Assembly (NCBI GenBank): GCA_001687465.1
Contig: LVLI01000905.1
Span: 62,001 to 84,837, forward strand
Source: Halocafeteria seosinensis
Lineage: Eukaryota
Direction: 5' to 3'
Length of the DNA stretch: 22,837 nt
The notes beneath the pieces were generated by a model. That model had not been told where the DNA came from. It worked only from the letters and a program-made list of their open reading frames with translations, and did not search any database. Both the position numbers and the translations under genes were made by a program. Below are positions 1-11,164 of this stretch, piece by piece. The number at the start of each line of letters is the position of its first letter. Positions within the stretch are counted from its first letter, which is position 1.

Positions 1-1
1 G

Positions 2-3000
2 AATCCCGGAGGAGATGCGTACGATAGCACAGTTTATCCTTACTACTTTGGGAGTGGTGGTGGTGGCCAAACAAATGGTGGAGCGGGAGGTGGCCTACTC
101 TGGATAGAGAGTGATGCGATACTACTGAATGGCACGATAAGTGCTGCAGGAGCTAGCTCGAGCGCCAGAGGTGGCGGAGGGAGTGGTGGATCACTAATCC
201 TGAGCACTTCTGTGCTGATGGGAACAGGAAGTCTCGACGTGTCGGGAGGGAAGGCACCGAATGGCGGAGGTGGAGGAGGAGGGATAATTAACATATTCTG
301 GCTTCTGCAGGGACAGCACCGTAGCCAAGCTAGAAACATCGCATTGCACCTTGGTATAGTACCCGGAACACGGAATGTTTGGACGTCGTTCAGCACGGGG
401 AGATATTTTCTGGGATACTTACTCCGCATTTTGAATGATTGCGTGAGACAAGCTGATCACCGTACTCGCCATGATCCGCAGTCACAGTTGGGGGCTATTG
501 TAAGTTCGTGGATGTCAGACTTGCATGATTCCCAGAAACTGTGGGGCCTTTTGATTGAAGCTCGTGAATACTTATGGAAAAAGTTCCTTTCGTATCATCC
601 TCTTCCTAAAGATCTTGCTCGTGCTGAGGTACGTGCTGTGGATGATTACGGAGGGGAACTTGAAGCTCCAACCCTACTCTTTATTATTTTAGAACGCGAA
701 TTCAACCAACGCGACCCACCGTTTTTGAGAGAGGTTTACAGATCAGGGTTTTGGAGTGGAGCCTCAGGGTTCTCCGGTAAAGTTCTCGTCGAGGGGGGCC
801 CGGGGTCTGCATCCGCAGGATCGAACGGCAGCAGTGGAAGAGTCTTCAGCGAACCATCGTGTGCTGTAGGACAAGAAGGGTTGCTATGCCATGCTTGTCC
901 CAAAGGCAAATACAAAGCGGAATCCCAAAGTAATTCTGCTTGCTCACTGTGTTTGGCGGGCCGTTATGCTGCTTCTGAAGGAATGACGGAATGCGCGAGC
1001 TGCAGCGCAAACAACATTTCCGCCGCAGGTGCAAGCAGTTGCCAAACCTGTAATCATCAAATAGCCAATGCCAACCACACTCTCTGTACGAAATGCAAAC
1101 CCGGCTACGAGACATTGCATTGTACTGCCTGCCCGGCAGGTAAGTACAAATGGAACGTGGGCTACGGTGAATGTAAACTATGCCCAGAGGGGCAGTTCAG
1201 CAACAGCTCAGCAAGTACAAATTGCTCAAGTTGTCCGCTGAACCAAGTAGCAGAGAACCCAGGCTCTCCTTCATGCGAGTTCTGCCCCAAGGGAAGCATC
1301 CCTGAGAAGAATTTGACATCATGTGAAACTTGTCCAGCTGGAAAGTATGCCCCGGGGAAGACTAACGCCTGTCTTAAATGTCTCGCAAACACGTATTCCG
1401 TAGGCGGTGAGGATCACTGCCGAAGTTGTGGTCTAGGTCAATATGCCCCGGAGCTATCAGGAATATGTTTTCAGTGCCCGAGCAAACCCAAACGTGCAAA
1501 TTATTTGCATCCTACTCCTTCGAGCAGCTCGACTCCATCCAAGACCCCCACTGCTTCGAACACTCCAAGTACCAGCCGTAGCTCTAGCCACACCCCGACG
1601 TCCTGCCTGACACCCTCGGTCACTTTTTCTTGCACTGCAACACAGAGGGAGACGCCTACCAATACTCCAACTGTTTCGAGAAGCAACTCAGCTTCAATCA
1701 GCCCTGCCTATTCATTTTCCGCTAGGTCTAGGGAGTGGACGATTCTCCAAGCTGGAAGCCACCGGTCCAATATTCCTCAGCCACCGGTGCCATCGGGTAG
1801 CTGTGAATGGCAATGCGAAGCAGGATATCTAGAGCACGAATTGTGCCTTCCTCCGAGTAGTATTGGAGCTTACTATCTAGGAGGTTGGACTCCCATTGGC
1901 TCTTTTGCAGGATTTCTAGTTCTTTTACTGGTTGCATGCTTCCTTGCGCATTCCTATCTCGTCCGTCACAAGTGCCATTTTGCAACAAGCTCTCTTTTAG
2001 TAAAACCGGGAAATCTCGGTAGAAGGCATACTAGGGTTGATATTCGTTTATTTACTGGTATCTCTGAGACATTGCAGGCACAGACCTCCGAAGGAAATAT
2101 AACGGAGGGGTATGCGTTTGATGATTATGGGGAGGATTTCGGTGCTACGACGGGGTTGCTCGCAAGCGATCATATGGGCAGGTTGTCTTCGGGAAACTCG
2201 CACCCATCTGCCAGCGTGGACAACCTAAAGGGGACGGTAAACGACAACACATCTGACCGGCTGTTTGCCTCTATCCTTCAAAACTTGAGTGAGAAAATAC
2301 TCGACAGCAGCGCGAATTCCGAATCAATCCCCTACGGTGATCCGCGCAAAAGGGAGAAATTCGGGCTGCGTAAACAAGACCTGCCTTATCATATCCATCG
2401 CGTGTACTTTCATGGCGTTAACTCTTCGGACAACCCTTTGAGACTATCACGTGGGGTGCCCGCAGAATTGCATGGTGTCCTCATAGAACCGGAACTGAAA
2501 GCTCATGCGCGGAACCTGACTGAGGTGGCCCTGCCAACCAGATGGGAAGAGACACTGGAATGGCTAGCGCGACTGTATCGCCCTCTCCTACATCTGTACT
2601 ATCCTAAGACACAAAAGAGACGAATGAAAGCCCTAGAAACTGTTCATGAAGGGTACGGTCAGGGAATGCTTCGAAACGCACGAGCCCGGGCCGCGGGAGA
2701 CCGGATACGATTCGGCAAATCTGAAGACAGCACCTTGGCTTGGTTCGATTTCCTTATGCTTAGGGACGGAGAGGATGTGGGTGACGTAATAGTAGGACAA
2801 CCAAAACTTCCGTTGGTGCTTCCGTGCAGTGGTGACGGATCATACAGTCACCCGTTTCAGTTGCAACCGGATGACGCATTGGTAGCAGCAGCTTTTCGTG
2901 CAATTATAGGCCAAGGAGTACCCCGGGAGTACTACTACAGCACAATTGAACAGTTAGTCACGAGACTCAGAACTCTCCTAAAGCGCAGTATAGGGGTCCC

Positions 3001-3997
3001 ATCCTTCGTTTCTTCTGACATCCGTATGGATTCGCCTTCATGCTTTCCTATATCGGAAATCAATTCATTCCTACGCCTCATCCCCTCGGTAGAAATATTG
3101 AAACCTACCCTCTCGAATTTGGAGACATTGTCAGTTGTTCAACGATACTTAAAAAAGCTTAACCAGAAATTCAGTGACTCTGAAGCCCAATTATTTCTGG
3201 GAGCAACCTACTCGGCTCGTGTTGATAAGGAGAAAGAAGGTATTTCGGCAGCTCCTGAGGAAGAATGGTTTCCCGGTGTGGAGACTACTGCTGACTCACG
3301 ACTGGCTATCGTCGTTCTCCCGAGAGAAAAAGGAAAACCCGATCCTCGGGGCTCTTGGAATGGCTACTTACCCTACGGAACTCGTATTGCACCTGATTTT
3401 ACGAGTGTAGGTGACTCGTTCTGCTCTTGCTCTCGTAGAGTTGTATCTCCGTGGTCCAATGCGGGAAGTAGTATACTTCCTCAATGGTTATGTTTCACTA
3501 TGCTGGCGCTTCTTGTAATTATCGATCTGGTGCTTGGCTATATTTTCTATGCAACTCTTTGGAGGCTCTACCCTACCGTTGCGTACGTCGCAGCCGCGTT
3601 TCCTCCGCTCGCGCTTCTATTGACTCCGTGGGTTGCTGTCGCTGGATTCGTCACGAATTCATCTCCCTTGCTCCGAACGGCCGTTGAAGTGCAATTGCAG
3701 TGTATGATACCGTGGGCGATAGGCTTTGTTACGGGCATAGTCGATCTCGTTTCTGATAACGACTTAGGTTATTTGGTAGGCGTAGTTGCTCCCTGTGTGT
3801 GGATATCCGTTAAGATAATGATCATCAAAGGGTTGAACGTCTACATTGGCTGGACTGATCGGGTGGAGAACCGCCGAAAGGAATGGGATATGGTGCATAA
3901 GCCAATCATTGTGGAGGCCGTGCAACAGATAGTTGATGGAGTATACTCAGCTTCGGATAGAACAGACTCAAAAGAAATCAACTCTTCCCGACGATAA
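2..3997 (+). CDS. 5'-truncated Gly-rich/Cys-rich multi-pass membrane protein, At5g11700/At4g32920 'ephrin type-B receptor-like' family
   Basis: The frame is open from nt 2 (NPGGDAYDSTVYPYYFGSGGGG...GGAGGGLLWI...GGGGSGGSLIL). It has GCC2/GCC3-like Cys repeats (CPKGKYK, CPAGKYK, CPEGQFS), a TM at GGWTPIGSFAGFLVLLLVACFL, and a C-terminal cluster of TM helices. Motifs HIHRVYFHGVNS, RNARARA and LPLVLPCSGDGSYSHPFQL parallel the plant family as I recall it (HVHRMYFMGPN, RSRALYE, GGDGSYMAPF). Confidence 0.85.
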   Translation, partial: NPGGDAYDSTVYPYYFGSGGGGQTNGGAGGGLLWIESDAILLNGTISAAGASSSARGGGGSGGSLILSTSVLMGTGSLDVSGGKAPNGGGGGGGIINIFWLLQGQHRSQARNIALHLGIVPGTRNVWTSFSTGRYFLGYLLRILNDCVRQADHRTRHDPQSQLGAIVSSWMSDLHDSQKLWGLLIEAREYLWKKFLSYHPLPKDLARAEVRAVDDYGGELEAPTLLFIILEREFNQRDPPFLREVYRSGFWSGASGFSGKVLVEGGPGSASAGSNGSSGRVFSEPSCAVGQEGLLCHACPKGKYKAESQSNSACSLCLAGRYAASEGMTECASCSANNISAAGASSCQTCNHQIANANHTLCTKCKPGYETLHCTACPAGKYKWNVGYGECKLCPEGQFSNSSASTNCSSCPLNQVAENPGSPSCEFCPKGSIPEKNLTSCETCPAGKYAPGKTNACLKCLANTYSVGGEDHCRSCGLGQYAPELSGICFQCPSKPKRANYLHPTPSSSSTPSKTPTASNTPSTSRSSSHTPTSCLTPSVTFSCTATQRETPTNTPTVSRSNSASISPAYSFSARSREWTILQAGSHRSNIPQPPVPSGSCEWQCEAGYLEHELCLPPSSIGAYYLGGWTPIGSFAGFLVLLLVACFLAHSYLVRHKCHFATSSLLVKPGNLGRRHTRVDIRLFTGISETLQAQTSEGNITEGYAFDDYGEDFGATTGLLASDHMGRLSSGNSHPSASVDNLKGTVNDNTSDRLFASILQNLSEKILDSSANSESIPYGDPRKREKFGLRKQDLPYHIHRVYFHGVNSSDNPLRLSRGVPAELHGVLIEPELKAHARNLTEVALPTRWEETLEWLARLYRPLLHLYYPKTQKRRMKALETVHEGYGQGMLRNARARAAGDRIRFGKSEDSTLAWFDFLMLRDGEDVGDVIVGQPKLPLVLPCSGDGSYSHPFQLQPDDALVAAAFRAIIGQGVPREYYYSTIEQLVTRLRTLLKRSIGVPSFVSSDIRMDSPSCFPISEINSFLRLIPSVEILKPTLSNLETLSVVQRYLKKLNQKFSDSEAQLFLGATYSARVDKEKEGISAAPEEEWFPGVETTADSRLAIVVLPREKGKPDPRGSWNGYLPYGTRIAPDFTSVGDSFCSCSRRVVSPWSNAGSSILPQWLCFTMLALLVIIDLVLGYIFYATLWRLYPTVAYVAAAFPPLALLLTPWVAVAGFVTNSSPLLRTAVEVQLQCMIPWAIGFVTGIVDLVSDNDLGYLVGVVAPCVWISVKIMIIKGLNVYIGWTDRVENRRKEWDMVHKPIIVEAVQQIVDGVYSASDRTDSKEINSSRR

Positions 3998-4026
3998 ATT
4001 ATTGAGTGCTTGTGTCATTCAGGAAC

Positions 4027-5509
4027 TTAGTTCCGCTGGTACAGTTTCACCCAATCAATAATATGCGTAGCAGGAAACGGCGTGGAGGGAGACGGAGGAA
4101 GATACCACGCTATTGCAGTGTTTAGAATGATATAAAACGGATCCTGAGGAATAGGAACTTCGGAAGCATTCCGTGTGTGGTAAACAGTGCCATCCAAGGA
4201 GAAGTGAAGCACATCTTTACTCCAGTCTACCCCAAATACGTGGAAAGTATCTGTATAGTTGATCTTTGGACCACCGAGTGGGGGATACATTGAACCTGGA
4301 AGCACTTGTTTGTTGTCTCCGCACTCATTACCCCATCTGGAAGCAGATTCGCTTGAATTGCAAAATAAGAGATGGTGTAAGATCAGATGTTTCAATTAAT
4401 CTTACCTGTATGATCCAAATATCGCTTCTACAAATGGATTGCCTGCGTTTTGGTATACTACTAAGTATTTCAAGCACTTAAGAGTATGCATTAGTGGGAT
4501 AAGGCTCACTTGTTGCTTCCATTATATCGATCTCTCCGCCGACGGGCCAACAAATTTGCGGCTCTGGAAGTAACCAGTGGGCAGGCCAACTTCCTGCGGT
4601 TCAACAACAGTATAACCGGGAATCGGGCGATATAGTACAAAGCAGAGCATTTGTAACAGCTGTTTCGAATGATTTTTATGTAGCTCTTCTACGCACCTGT
4701 TGACGCTTGTTGAGGCAGTTTAGCTCTGATCTCCCACTTCCCATATTTGTAGAACTGCTTTCCCTTTGAATCGATCCATCCTGCGCATACAACAGGACTT
4801 GTGCTTTCTGGAGGGAAGTCGAGCATCTAAATGCGCTTTCATGCACACTTAGGGTGCGTTTAGTTACACTGACGATATCAAAGCTCTCTTTAGTCCAATT
4901 GTAGCCAGACGTACCACTTGTATAATTATATTGTTTTCCGTGTGGTCCAGTTACGGTTTCACGTTCCGTCTTGAGAATCAATTGTCCTGTGCTCATCGTG
5001 CATGGAATGTAAAGTCACCCAGTTTACGGCGGTCCTTCTGGTACAGAAAATTGCAATACGGTGAGAGCACGTACCGTCACTCAGAATTACGTTCTTCTTG
5101 AGATACAGTTGCAATTCTGGCGGGCAACAATGGGATTCATTTTGCCGTCTGGGAGGCCAAGGGGAGAGGACAATTTTGCACAGTGTTTCCAACAAGAGCT
5201 TCAGTATGCTTACATATTCCAGTTTGAATCATTGAGAGTATCGCCTTGGAAATCATCGAAAAACACTAAATTCCAGTTATCATTGTCGTGGTCAACGTTC
5301 GCAAGTTCCACAGCTCCAACATCAGGTACCTGTTCAGTGCTCTCAGACGACTTCCATAGCCAAGCGAGTGGGTTGGTTCGTTGGATGCGGGTAGATTCAC
5401 CCCCATCATTTTCGGTCCGTGTTGCGATAGACGATGTGGCAATGCATAGAGTAAACGTCATCAACATCAGCCCCAACTGTCGCATCCAAATGATGGGTTT
5501 GTGCTTCAT
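4027..5509 (-). CDS. Secreted glycoside hydrolase family 16 (laminarinase-like beta-1,3-glucanase), 7 exons, about 318 aa
   Basis: Manual splicing gives exons 5509-5214, 5148-5075, 4986-4915, 4780-4697, 4593-4510, 4442-4406 and 4336-4027. All introns are GT-AG and the phases are consistent (957 nt). Motifs: WNLVFFDDF, NYTSGWIDS, YGKWEIRAKLP, WPAHWLLP, WPVGGEIDIME (catalytic ExDxxE), FHVFGVDW, PFYIILNTA, IDWVKLYQ. There is a hydrophobic signal peptide; an alternative start lies at 5485. Confidence 0.92.
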
Positions 5510-6380
5510 CCTCCTCGTGCAATTCCAGTAAGATCCGAGCAAAAACCCCCTTTGGGAACAATCAAATTCTGCGCACCTTGATCAAGTAGTATGTACATCT
5601 GGAGTGTGCCGAAGGCGTCGTACTCTGCGATCTCCTCCCGAACTTCAAGCCCCCACGGGGTAGAATCGTGCAGCTTCCCACATGCACACGGTCAAGTTGA
5701 TCCAAAGTGCGTGCATTCTTTCATGTATCGTTAAGTCCAGCGGGCAATTTTTGCGAAAATAGACGCGTTCTCCTTGAACGGTTGTCGGAACGCAGACGCG
5801 ATACACTTGCAAGTGCATCGCGCTTCCTGACCACTGTCTGCACTGTGGTCAAGCAACTGGTCAACAACTACAGTAGCAGGGTTCCCGAGTGGAAATTGAC
5901 CGATCCCCAGCGTAGCCGACATGCCGCCAATACTTGACGCGATTCATGTGGTTAACTTCGCCCCAGTGCTTTGCTGTTGGATCATCGTCAGGAATCCAGG
6001 ATCCTGGGAATTCCAGTGCCGCGATGCGCCCATATCCGGTATTGGTGCACATTCGTATCGCTCAGAAGCAAATGCGAAAAACGGGGAAGCTTAAATATGC
6101 AAAATCGTCTCCGTACGCAGCCTGAGCTAACCAATTTACAATGGATCGCCGCTGGGTTTGTGATAATTACCGAGTGTTTCCTGAGCGCCCCAGGGCGGGT
6201 GCGGGTTGCTGGAGGCCCTCAGTCACAACAACCTCAGGCCCTAGACTCTAGTAGAGGGTATTAGGCCCTCTCCTGCCGGTATTGTTGACGGGGTGCACAG
6301 ACGAGGACATTTTCCTCATAGATCTATTTACCCACTTTTTAAGAAGAGGAAGCAGCGGGTGCTTCATTTCTGGCCCCGTA

Positions 6381-8970
6381 ATGGCGTCCTCCAACAAAGA
6401 GCAAGCCCGAGAATGGAATCGTAAGGCTATTAAGGTCTCCGGGACCCCCGAAGCCCTCACATATTACGATAAAGCGATTCAATTGGACCCGCACACGACC
6501 GTGTACCTCAGCAATAAAGCTAAATCCTTGGCGAAAATGCGCCGTCTGGAAGATGCCATCGCTTGCTATAATCGGATTATTGCTATGGATCCCAACAACA
6601 CGGCTGCATACCACCAGAAAGGGATAGAATTAGCCTGGTCGAATCGCTTCCAAGAGGCTGCCGCATGCTATGATCAAGCCATCTCCCTGAATCGAGGAAC
6701 CGCAGCGGATGCCAAATTGAGCACGGTATTTAAAGACAAGACGATAGCGTTGGCTTGGCTCGGCCAATGGACGAACTCGCTTGCTGCAGCCGAAAAAGCT
6801 CTTGCTCTGGGAGAGACTGACGCAGAGCTGCATAGGACCATGTCCACGGCATACCGGGAGCTGAAAGACTATGAGAAAGCTATGGCCTGCTGCGATCGCG
6901 CTCTGCAGATCCAACCTGATTTCGCCAAAGCACTGCAGAGCAAGGGCAGAATTCTTGCAAAGCAGGGGAAACATGTGGAAGCATTACCATATTTTGATAG
7001 AGCGATAGCATTGGATAGTAAGATGACGGAAAACTATCTGGACAAAGCCCGTTCTCAAGTCTTTCTGGAGCGCTATGAGCAAGCGATTGAGTCGTTCGCC
7101 AAGGAACTGAAGCTGCAGCCTAAGTGCCAAGAAGCCATTAACGAGAGGAAGAATGTACAGTCCCTTCTGCAGCAGAAGAAACAGGAACTGGAAGAGACTA
7201 AAGAACTTGAGAAAAGTAATCGAACCAACAGAAATGCAGCTGTGGCATCTGCGACGGAACCGGCCGGTAAGTTACTTCCTTTTGAGAGCTTCCATTGTAC
7301 TTGCAGTAAACTCTGCTTGTTCCTTTCACACAGACGATGGGAAGCCTCCAGCATCACATGCTACGAATTCAATACCGATGTCTGATGTCGGGCATGAGCA
7401 AACCCTGACAAGTGGTGAAATCAAAGAGGGCTTGGAGCAAATACAACAACTAGCTCCTCAACTTGGAAAATTTGTGCTAAAACGAGAAGTTGATGAAGCC
7501 ATCATGAGTAACGACACACAAAAACAGTTCCGCATAGAAACGGCTTACATCAGGGATAAGCCTGCATTGCTCGAATTCTACCGTTCCTTCAATGGCGTTC
7601 TCTATGATGCTTTTACAGCAGCAAGTGTAATACAAAGCGGCGATGTCGACGTCAAGCTGGGGACAATGAAGTCATGCGTCGTCAGTGCATTGGATTTGAT
7701 TGCCCAACATTTTCCTCCCTTTAGTATCGTGACTGCAGCCACCCAAAGCATTCTTAAATCGCGGAAGGAAGGGGATTTGAAAAAGCTGCTTGATGTGCTT
7801 CCTTTGCGTTCGGACATGAGTAACATTATTGAAGAGGTGAGCCGCGTGGTCACAATCGCCCTTTCAGATAGCATCGAAAGCTTAGATCCTGAGATTGAAG
7901 ATCAGCGGCGCTTGTGGGAGTTTTTTGAAAAGGTCAAGTTCAAGTATTTCTCAAGGAGTAAGCCTAAATCCATCTACGAATGCAAAGGAGCTTCTGAGGG
8001 TATAGCTTTATTGTGTGCGTGTAGCAAAGGGCTCATTGAGCCGGGGAGATTTAGGGGAGAAGAAGTGTTGCCGTTGTTCCTCCTTAGTGGGATGACACTA
8101 GATAGTGTACAAGCAAAGAGGGAACATATTGCGCGACTGTTCGATTTCGACGTGGGAAAAAGTAGTACATACGATAACGTGAAGTGTGAACACCCCGCTC
8201 AACCAACACCTTCTGAGACCAGCGGTGAGTCCTCCCGTTCGGATGAATCGGCATTGAGAGAGGAAATGCGCCATCTTCGCGAAGAAATGGAGAAAGCAAA
8301 CTTAGCAAACGACACGGAAAGCCTCAGGCAGCGACTGGAAGAAATAGAAAAACAACTTCCGAAACCAGAAGATAACGACGTTACGGGTGGATCGGAAGCT
8401 CAAAATATGATTTCTCCAGATGGTGCGACGGGTCAACGCAGTGAGGCCTCAGGAGCATACAAATTTGCCGTTCAGGCAGCGCGAGAGGTCGAAGATCTAA
8501 AGGAAAGACTATTTTACCACGAAACTCGAGCTTTACAAGCTCACCGTGCTAGTCAAATACGCCGTCGTTTTCAGGACAGTCAGTTTCCTTTTGTTGTAGC
8601 GCTCAACAAGCTGAAACGCGTTCTCAATAGGTATCATGGAGGACCAGACAAGCACCCATACCGCCGTGATCCCAATACGTTTGACGTAATGTTCCGCAGG
8701 AAAAAGTCAATTGCTAAGGCTTTGCAGGGAACCCGCAACGTCCGCCCGGAACGTGTAAGTGGAAAGGTAGTCATGGCATTTATCGGAGGTGACACTGCTC
8801 TGACTGATATCCCGCGTGAACAAATCTATGAAGCATTTGGGTTTGACAGCGAAGGGGAAGAATACTATGGTGGAAAGTCCTTTGCAAACACAACAGAGAG
8901 CACTGAAAGTAGGGAAAACCGTCACCGGCTTGTCGGGAAATCAGAGAAGGACGATCACCATAGACACTAA
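6381..8970 (+). CDS. TPR-repeat protein with uncharacterised C-terminal domains, 2 exons, about 840 aa
   Basis: A 67-nt intron at 7267-7333 (GTAAGT...CACAG) joins ORFs 6282-7385 and 7153-8970 in frame (EPA/D/DGKPP). There are about 7 TPRs (e.g. AYHQKGIELAWSNRFQEAAACYDQAISLN, ALQSKGRILAKQGKHVEALPYFDRAIALD), then coiled-coil and helical regions. Confidence 0.88.
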
Positions 8971-9033
8971 GCCAGAGTCTGCTTTAGGACAGATGTATAG
9001 TCCGTTTGCGTTTCAGAAACAATCTGATTATTA

Positions 9034-10069
9034 TTACTGGCTTTCGGAATCTGCTTCATACTCAAGCGAGAAAAAATCGTTAATTTGTGCTGCGCCCAAT
9101 TCAGTCACCGGCGCATCGAGGCTCAGCAGTTGCTCCGCATTATACGCCGACAGTTGGGCAAGGGATCCTGTGATACGCGAAGTTGTGAGCCCGATGAAGC
9201 TATGTCCTCTCTGCAATGTATCTACTTACCAACAATATCCAGTAAATAACTGATTGTCTTTTCGTCACCGTCAAACTGTGGAATCTGAGAACTTATGCTT
9301 TTCGCGATCCACTCTTGAGAAAAACACTTGTCTATTTGTTGTCGCCAATACTTCTGTACAACTTCTGACTTCTCCGGCTGCGATAATTTCTGCATACGTT
9401 TATCGATGAACCTTCTCCATTGCTAAGACAGAATGTGCGTGGGCGTTGAGGGCACGGACCTGCAGTTGTAAGAGTAACTCTGTCACACAGTCCGCGGTTC
9501 CTGCGGTGCACACGATGCTGCCATTCTCGGGGATTCTTCTGAAATGGGCGAATTTCCAGATCTTGATGCATGAAAAAAACCGTTTCGCACATTACTTACA
9601 ATTGGAAGTCTTCATAAAAAGCTGGATCCGATAGAAATTCTTGGGGAACCATGACATAGAATGCCTTGTAAGATTTCGAAACCTTTTCCAGGTCTATTTC
9701 TGCACGAAGCTCTTATCATAAAACAAGTGATATCACACAGCGAGAGCGTACGTGACTTACCATCCCACTTTGGAGCATGACGGATGAACTTGATAACAAT
9801 GGAGGTTCCTTTGCTGGGAACTGGAAGAAGGAAATCTGCTCCACGCAGTTTTTTGGCTATTTTCGTTCGAAAATTTAGTTGCAACGACTGTATGATCCAC
9901 AAGGATACAGTGGCATATTCGCGATGATTAAAGTAAACTAGAGAAATCAAAGTGAAATGAAAATATACGAGCTTACATGGGTAATATCTGTATGAGAATT
10001 CGAGAATTCCTCTGTTATCAGCAAAACAGGGCCTTTTGGAGGGTCTTGCGCAGGGGTACAGGCCGTCAT
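9034..10069 (-). CDS. ERCC1-like (inactive ERCC4 fold + tandem helix-hairpin-helix) protein resembling PTD/SPO16/FAAP24, 6 exons, 230 aa
   Basis: Exons are 10069-9977, 9887-9761, 9699-9600, 9538-9460, 9389-9230 and 9167-9034, with GT-AG introns of 89, 61, 61, 70 and 62 nt (693 nt, no internal stop). Protein: MTACTPAQDPPKGPVLLITEEFSNSHTDITHSLQLNFRTKIAKKLRGADFLLP...VSKSYKAFYVMVP...IPQFDGDEKTISYLLDIVGSLAQLSAYNAEQLLSLDAPVTELGAAQINDFF. The C-terminus fits the HhH2 pattern of FAAP24/PTD (IP..., SI.QL..A..E.L, A..I..FF). An alternative acceptor would make intron 4 only 37 nt. Confidence 0.75.
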
Positions 10070-10510
10070 GGTAGCTAGTAGCACTGTGCCAGTACTGGTA
10101 CTTTATGCTTCTTGTCGATTGTGAATAATCCCAAAAATTATCACCAACTATACATGCACGGAATGGCAAAAGTTACATAGAATTCTTCTCGAATTCCTAC
10201 TTGCTCCAAAAACCCCCAAAAGACGGATAATTTTTGAATATCGCAGTGGGGCAGAAAGATTCGTTGCAACACACGCTAACTAGATCCCTCTATGACTTGC
10301 GTTGCTATAGTAGCTACTCAATAGAACGACTGAATAAGGTGGTTCGATCGCGTGGATTCCTTGTGGAACCAGTAAAATTCTTGTTTCCAAAGATGCAAAC
10401 GTAAGGACATATTACTCACTGCCGAGAATACTTGGTATTGTCTATTTCATGAAATTTAGCATAAATAATTAGATGCTTCTTACTGTTGCTCCCGATACAC
10501 GTCACACGCC

Positions 10511-11121
10511 ATGGACTGGTTGAAAAGAGCCGCAAGCATTGTTGGCAGACAGAAGAATTCTAACCCAGAAGGAGAACCTGAAAATCCTAATTTGGATGAG
10601 ATAGAAGAGTGTTCCACACCAAGGAGAGCGTCTCCTGTAAATGTACGTACTATATAGATGTTTTTCGAAATAAAAATTTTTATGTGTGCATTTGCCGGCC
10701 ACAGAATAACTCTGAAGAGGAAAAAGAAGAATTGGACCCTAGTCAGAGAGGAGCAAACGCGAGATGCAAGAAGCGTAATGATAAACGTAAACAACCGAGA
10801 AGACTGGGTACAATGCAAAATGTAGATCCGAGGGTCGTACTAGAAGCAACAGCGTCTCATGAAACGGGGCGAATTCAAGAGAACTCCTTTCCGAGGAATT
10901 CTACTCGGCGAGAAGTCCACCCGTCGACCCCAACCCCAGCAAATAAAGGAAACGCCACTAAGAATAAGCTTGAAATAAAGAAAGCAAGACGTGCATTGCT
11001 TAATGATAAGCAACGGCATGTCTCGAAATGTGTGAGAGATCTAGAAGACTACCTTGGTGACGGTGGGTACTGGGAAATTCGAGGTAGTAGAAAGCGGAAG
11101 TGTACGGCTCGGGGAGTTTAA
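10511..11121 (+). CDS. Hypothetical small disordered, basic protein, 2 exons, about 182 aa
   Basis: ATG at 10511 (MDWLKRAASIVG...SPVN). A phase-0 62-nt intron at 10643-10704 (GTACGT...CACAG) joins ORF 10609-11121. It has K/R-rich NLS-like patches (KKRNDKRK, RKRK). No family recognised. Confidence 0.65.
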
Positions 11122-11164
11122 TAAATTGTTTCTCAGAAACCAGTTCGTGGTACACAGCATTACA

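Noticed and set aside
43..429. Pro-rich minus-strand ORF
   Set aside because: Antisense shadow of the Gly-rich (GGN) codons of the plus-strand gene.
5700..6200. Minus-strand fragments: WLAQAAYGDDFAYLS (RT YADD-like) and VVDQLLDHSAD (ankyrin-like)
   Set aside because: Isolated short matches interrupted by stops, with no other RT or ankyrin motifs. Possibly a relic, but not assignable.
9025..9036. Run of TAA codons suggesting a ciliate-type code
   Set aside because: All gene models translate cleanly with the standard code and use TAA/TAG as stops.
9612..10169. 185-aa ORF taken as a stand-alone gene
   Set aside because: Only 9887-9761 is in the spliced frame; the rest is intron or other-frame exon of the ERCC1-like gene.
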